Below, in pieces: positions 60,640-64,000 of a DNA stretch of 64,000 bases (position 1 is its first letter; each line of letters opens with the position of its first letter). Made by a program: the position numbers and the translations under genes. The DNA comes from Scyliorhinus canicula (lineage: Eukaryota). The stretch is taken from NCBI RefSeq assembly GCF_902713615.1, contig NC_052148.1, positions 34,825,888-34,889,887 of the forward strand, given 5' to 3'. Below the pieces are notes generated by a model. The model was not told where the DNA came from and did no database searches. It saw nothing but the letters and a program-made list of their open reading frames with translations.

Positions 60640-60940
60640 GATAGCTTTAGGAATAGCAGTGAGTTAATGCTATTGTATCTCAGTTTAGTAAGTTTGAGTG
60701 TAAGGAATGAGATATATATACATATTTTTGCACCTTGCACACCTGGACTACTCAGATGAACACACAATTGTTAGAGCTTAATTTGCCATAACTTGAGGAA
60801 TAGCAGTGGATTTATCCTATAATTTCTCAGCTTAGCAAGTTTGAGTGTAAATAACGATATATACATAAACATATATTCTTGCATATCAGGACTACTCAGA
60901 TGAACTCACAATTGTTACAGTTTAATAGATTATAGCTTTG
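60640..60940. repeat. Two-copy 147-bp tandem duplication
   Basis: aggaatagcagtg at 60649 and 60796; ggactactcagatgaa present in both copies. Confidence 0.8.
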
Positions 60941-61261
60941 CTCTTAGAAACTTGACGTTTTGAAAAAGTGTGTGAGCAAATGGAACATGACTTGTACTAA
61001 GTATATATAGCATTCCTAGGAGGAACAGGTGTCTTTGGACCTATGGTTTCCAAAACTCTCCACCATTAAGGATTTCCACGTGTCTGGGTGTGTTGTAGGC
61101 TAATTGATACAGATTGAAGCAATGGTAGTCAACAAGCCTATTGTCATTATGTTATGCAACTGCCAGGAAGGTAGAAGGCAAACTACTTGGACATTGGCCC
61201 TTTTATAGTCCAGCCATTTTATTTTTCAAATTATTCATTCAAGGGATATATGAAAGTCACT

Positions 61262-64000
61262 GACGAGACTAGGATTTATTGCCCATCCCTTATCACCTTG
61301 AGAAGTTGGTGGTGAGGTGTCTTCTTAAACCACTACAGTCCATGTGGTGTATGTACACCCACTGTGCTGTTAGGGAGGGAGCTCCAGTATTCTATTCCTG
61401 GAATATAGTTTCAGATCAAGATTCTATGTGACTTGGAGGGGAATTTGCACATGGTGGTGTCCCCATGCATCTGCTGCCCTTGTTCTTCTCGTTGGTAAAT
61501 GCCTCAGAATAGGAAAGTGCTGCTGAAGGAGCCTTGGTGAGCTGCATCACAGCAATTGTAGGCAGCGCATATTGTTGCCACTGTGAGCCAGTGCTGGAGG
61601 ATTGAATGTTTTAAGGTGTTGGATTAGGTGCCAATCAAAATGGTTGTTTTGTCCTGGATGGTGTTGAGTTTCTTGAGTGTTGTTGAAGCTGCACTCATCC
61701 AACTAGGTGGAGAGTATTCTACAACACTCCTGACTTGTGCCTTGTAGGGTGTGGAAAGTCTTTGGTGTGTCAGAAGGTGAGTTACTCACCACAGAATTCC
61801 CTGATTCCTTCTGATTTGGTCTTGTAGCCATGGTAGTTATATGGCTCATCCAGTTGTGTTTCTGGTCAATCATAATGCTCAAAATGTTGATGGCAGGAGA
61901 TTGTGTGATGTTAACTCAATTGAACATCAAGGCACGTGGTTACATTTGATTATGTTGGAGACTGTCTGTGCCCGGCACGTGTGCCCTGAATATTACTTGC
62001 CACTTTTGGGGAAGGAACCTGCAAGTTGTCTGTATATAACTGCATGTAACAGGGCTTGCTTCAATATCTGAGGAATGGCAAATGGTACTGGTCATTATAC
62101 AAATATAAGTAAACATCCCTACTCCTGACCTTATGACGGAGGGAGGGTAACTGATTAAGCAGGTGAGGACGTTTGGGTTCAGAAAATTGCCCTGAAGAAC
62201 ACTTGCAGCGATGTCCAGGGGCTGAGATGATTGGCCTCCGACAACCACAATCATTTAAAAGAAGTAAAGTCACCATAGTCCCAGATGGCCACAGGCTGCT
62301 TTCCCCACCACACATCAAGCAAGCGGCAAGGTTGAGAAGGCGGGCCCTTCATGAATAGCCTCAGCCTCAGCCAGTACAGGAATTGAAACCACAATGGTGG
62401 CCTTGCTCTGCATCACAAAGCAGCTATCCAGCCAACTGAGCTAAACCGGTCCTTTGTGATGGGTATGAAATAAAGCAATGGAGAATTCTCTCCCATGTCA
62501 TGCAGTCAAATGCTGCCTTGATGTCAAGAATTGACACTCTTATTTCAACTCTTTTGTCCATATTTATACTAAAACTGTATTCAAGGCTGCAACTGAGTAA
62601 CCCTGGTATGACCCAACCTATTGGTGAGCAGTTTGTTGCTGTATAAGTGCCATTTGACAGCATTGTCAATGACACTTTCCAACAGTTTGATGCTTGAGAG
62701 CAGACTGAAGGGGTGGTAATTGGATTTATCCTGATTTTTGTAGTCAGGGTAGGGCTGGGCAATTGGAAAATTGGAACTGGAATATTCCAGTGTTGATGCT
62801 GCTTAGGAAAAGCTTGGCTAGGAATGCAGTTAGTTCTGGATCACAGGTCTTCAGAAATACATCTGAGATATTGTAAGGGCCCAGAAACTGTCGTATCAGC
62901 ACCTTTAGCTACTTTGTGGTGCCATGTTGAGTGAATCGAATTGGATGAAGAGTGGCATCTGTGATGTTGGGGACCTCAGGAGGAGACTGAGATGGATCAT
63001 CCACTCGGCACTTCTGGATGAAGGTGCTTGCAAATGTTTCAGCCATGTCTTTTGCACTAATATTCTGCATTCCCCATCATTTGAGGGTGGTGTTATTTGT
63101 GGAGATCCCTCCTCCAGTTAATTGGTTCATTGTCCACCATTAGTCACCACCCAATGTGGCAGGACTGAAGAGTTTGATCTGATCTGTTGATTGTGAAATT
63201 GCTTAGCTCTGTCTTAACATGATGTTTCAGCTATTTAACGTACTTATAGTTCTCTGTTGTAGCACCAACAGGTTGGCGTGCCATTTTGAAGTATGCCCGG
63301 CACTACTCCTGGCATGCCACCTACATTCCTCATTGATCCAGGGTTGGCAGCCTGGCTTGATGGTAATGGCAGGGTGAGGGATATGTTAGGCCATGAGGTT
63401 ACCGATTATGGTTGAAAACAATTCTACAGCTGCTGATGACTTACAAAGTCTCATGTGGGCTTGGATTTGAGCTGCTGGATGTGTTCAAAATCTAAACCAT
63501 TTTGCGTAGTGGTAATGCCACATAACATGATGGATGTTGTCCTCAGTGTGAAGGAAGGACTAGGTCTCCTCAAGGACTATGTGTTGGTCACTCTTAACAA
63601 TGCACTTATATATGCACCTGTGATTGGTAGATCAGTGAGGATGAGGTCTGTTGGCTTTTCCTCTTGTTGGTTCCCTCAGTACCTACCGCAGGCCTGATTA
63701 GGCAGATATGTCCTTCAGGACATGAGCAGCTCAGTTAGTAATGGTGCTACATATTCACGCTTGATGATAGACATTGAAGTCCTATTTGATGCCCTCGCTA
63801 CCATCAATGCTTCTTACAAGTGGTGTTGAACACAGAGGAGCGCTGATTCATCAGCTGACAGAGGGCAGTGAGCTGGCAATAAACAGGAGGTTTCGAAGCT
63901 TCTGTTTGACCTGATGCTACAGAGTCAACATGGAGGGATTGCAGGGCAATTCCCTCCCATCTGTACACCACTATGTACCTCTGATGTGCCTGCGCTGCTG
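61262..64000 (-). mobile_element. Degraded CR1/L2-clade LINE, runs off the window end
   Basis: Minus-strand RT relics VVVGGQSSQPLDIAASVLQG, ILDIKAAFD. Confidence 0.8.

Overview
Vertebrate genomic DNA, most likely a shark (inferred from elasmobranch HE1-type SINEs and CXH-type CD8 tails; species not determinable). The window holds the complete tandem T-cell co-receptor locus on the + strand. CD8B spans 2959-20668 (6 coding exons, about 215 aa, with a non-canonical GC-AG first intron; the last exon is less certain). CD8A spans 48793-58209 (6 coding exons, about 217 aa). Neither gene is captured whole by the ORF track; I assembled both by hand from splice sites and intron phases. Both chains carry a near-identical RRR-C-x-H-Q-F-x-K-R cytoplasmic exon and the same intron-phase pattern. 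The remainder is repeat-rich: CR1/L2-type, L1/Tx1-type and Penelope-type retroelements, many tRNA-derived SINEs, a 39-bp minisatellite with higher-order LINE+satellite triplication, a Harbinger-like MITE, and a 4.35-kb near-palindromic Harbinger-like element with a Myb/SANT ORF on each arm. I found no clearly new biological system; the most notable items are CD8 gene-structure features and unusual transposon architectures. Identities quoted are by eye and no database searches were run.
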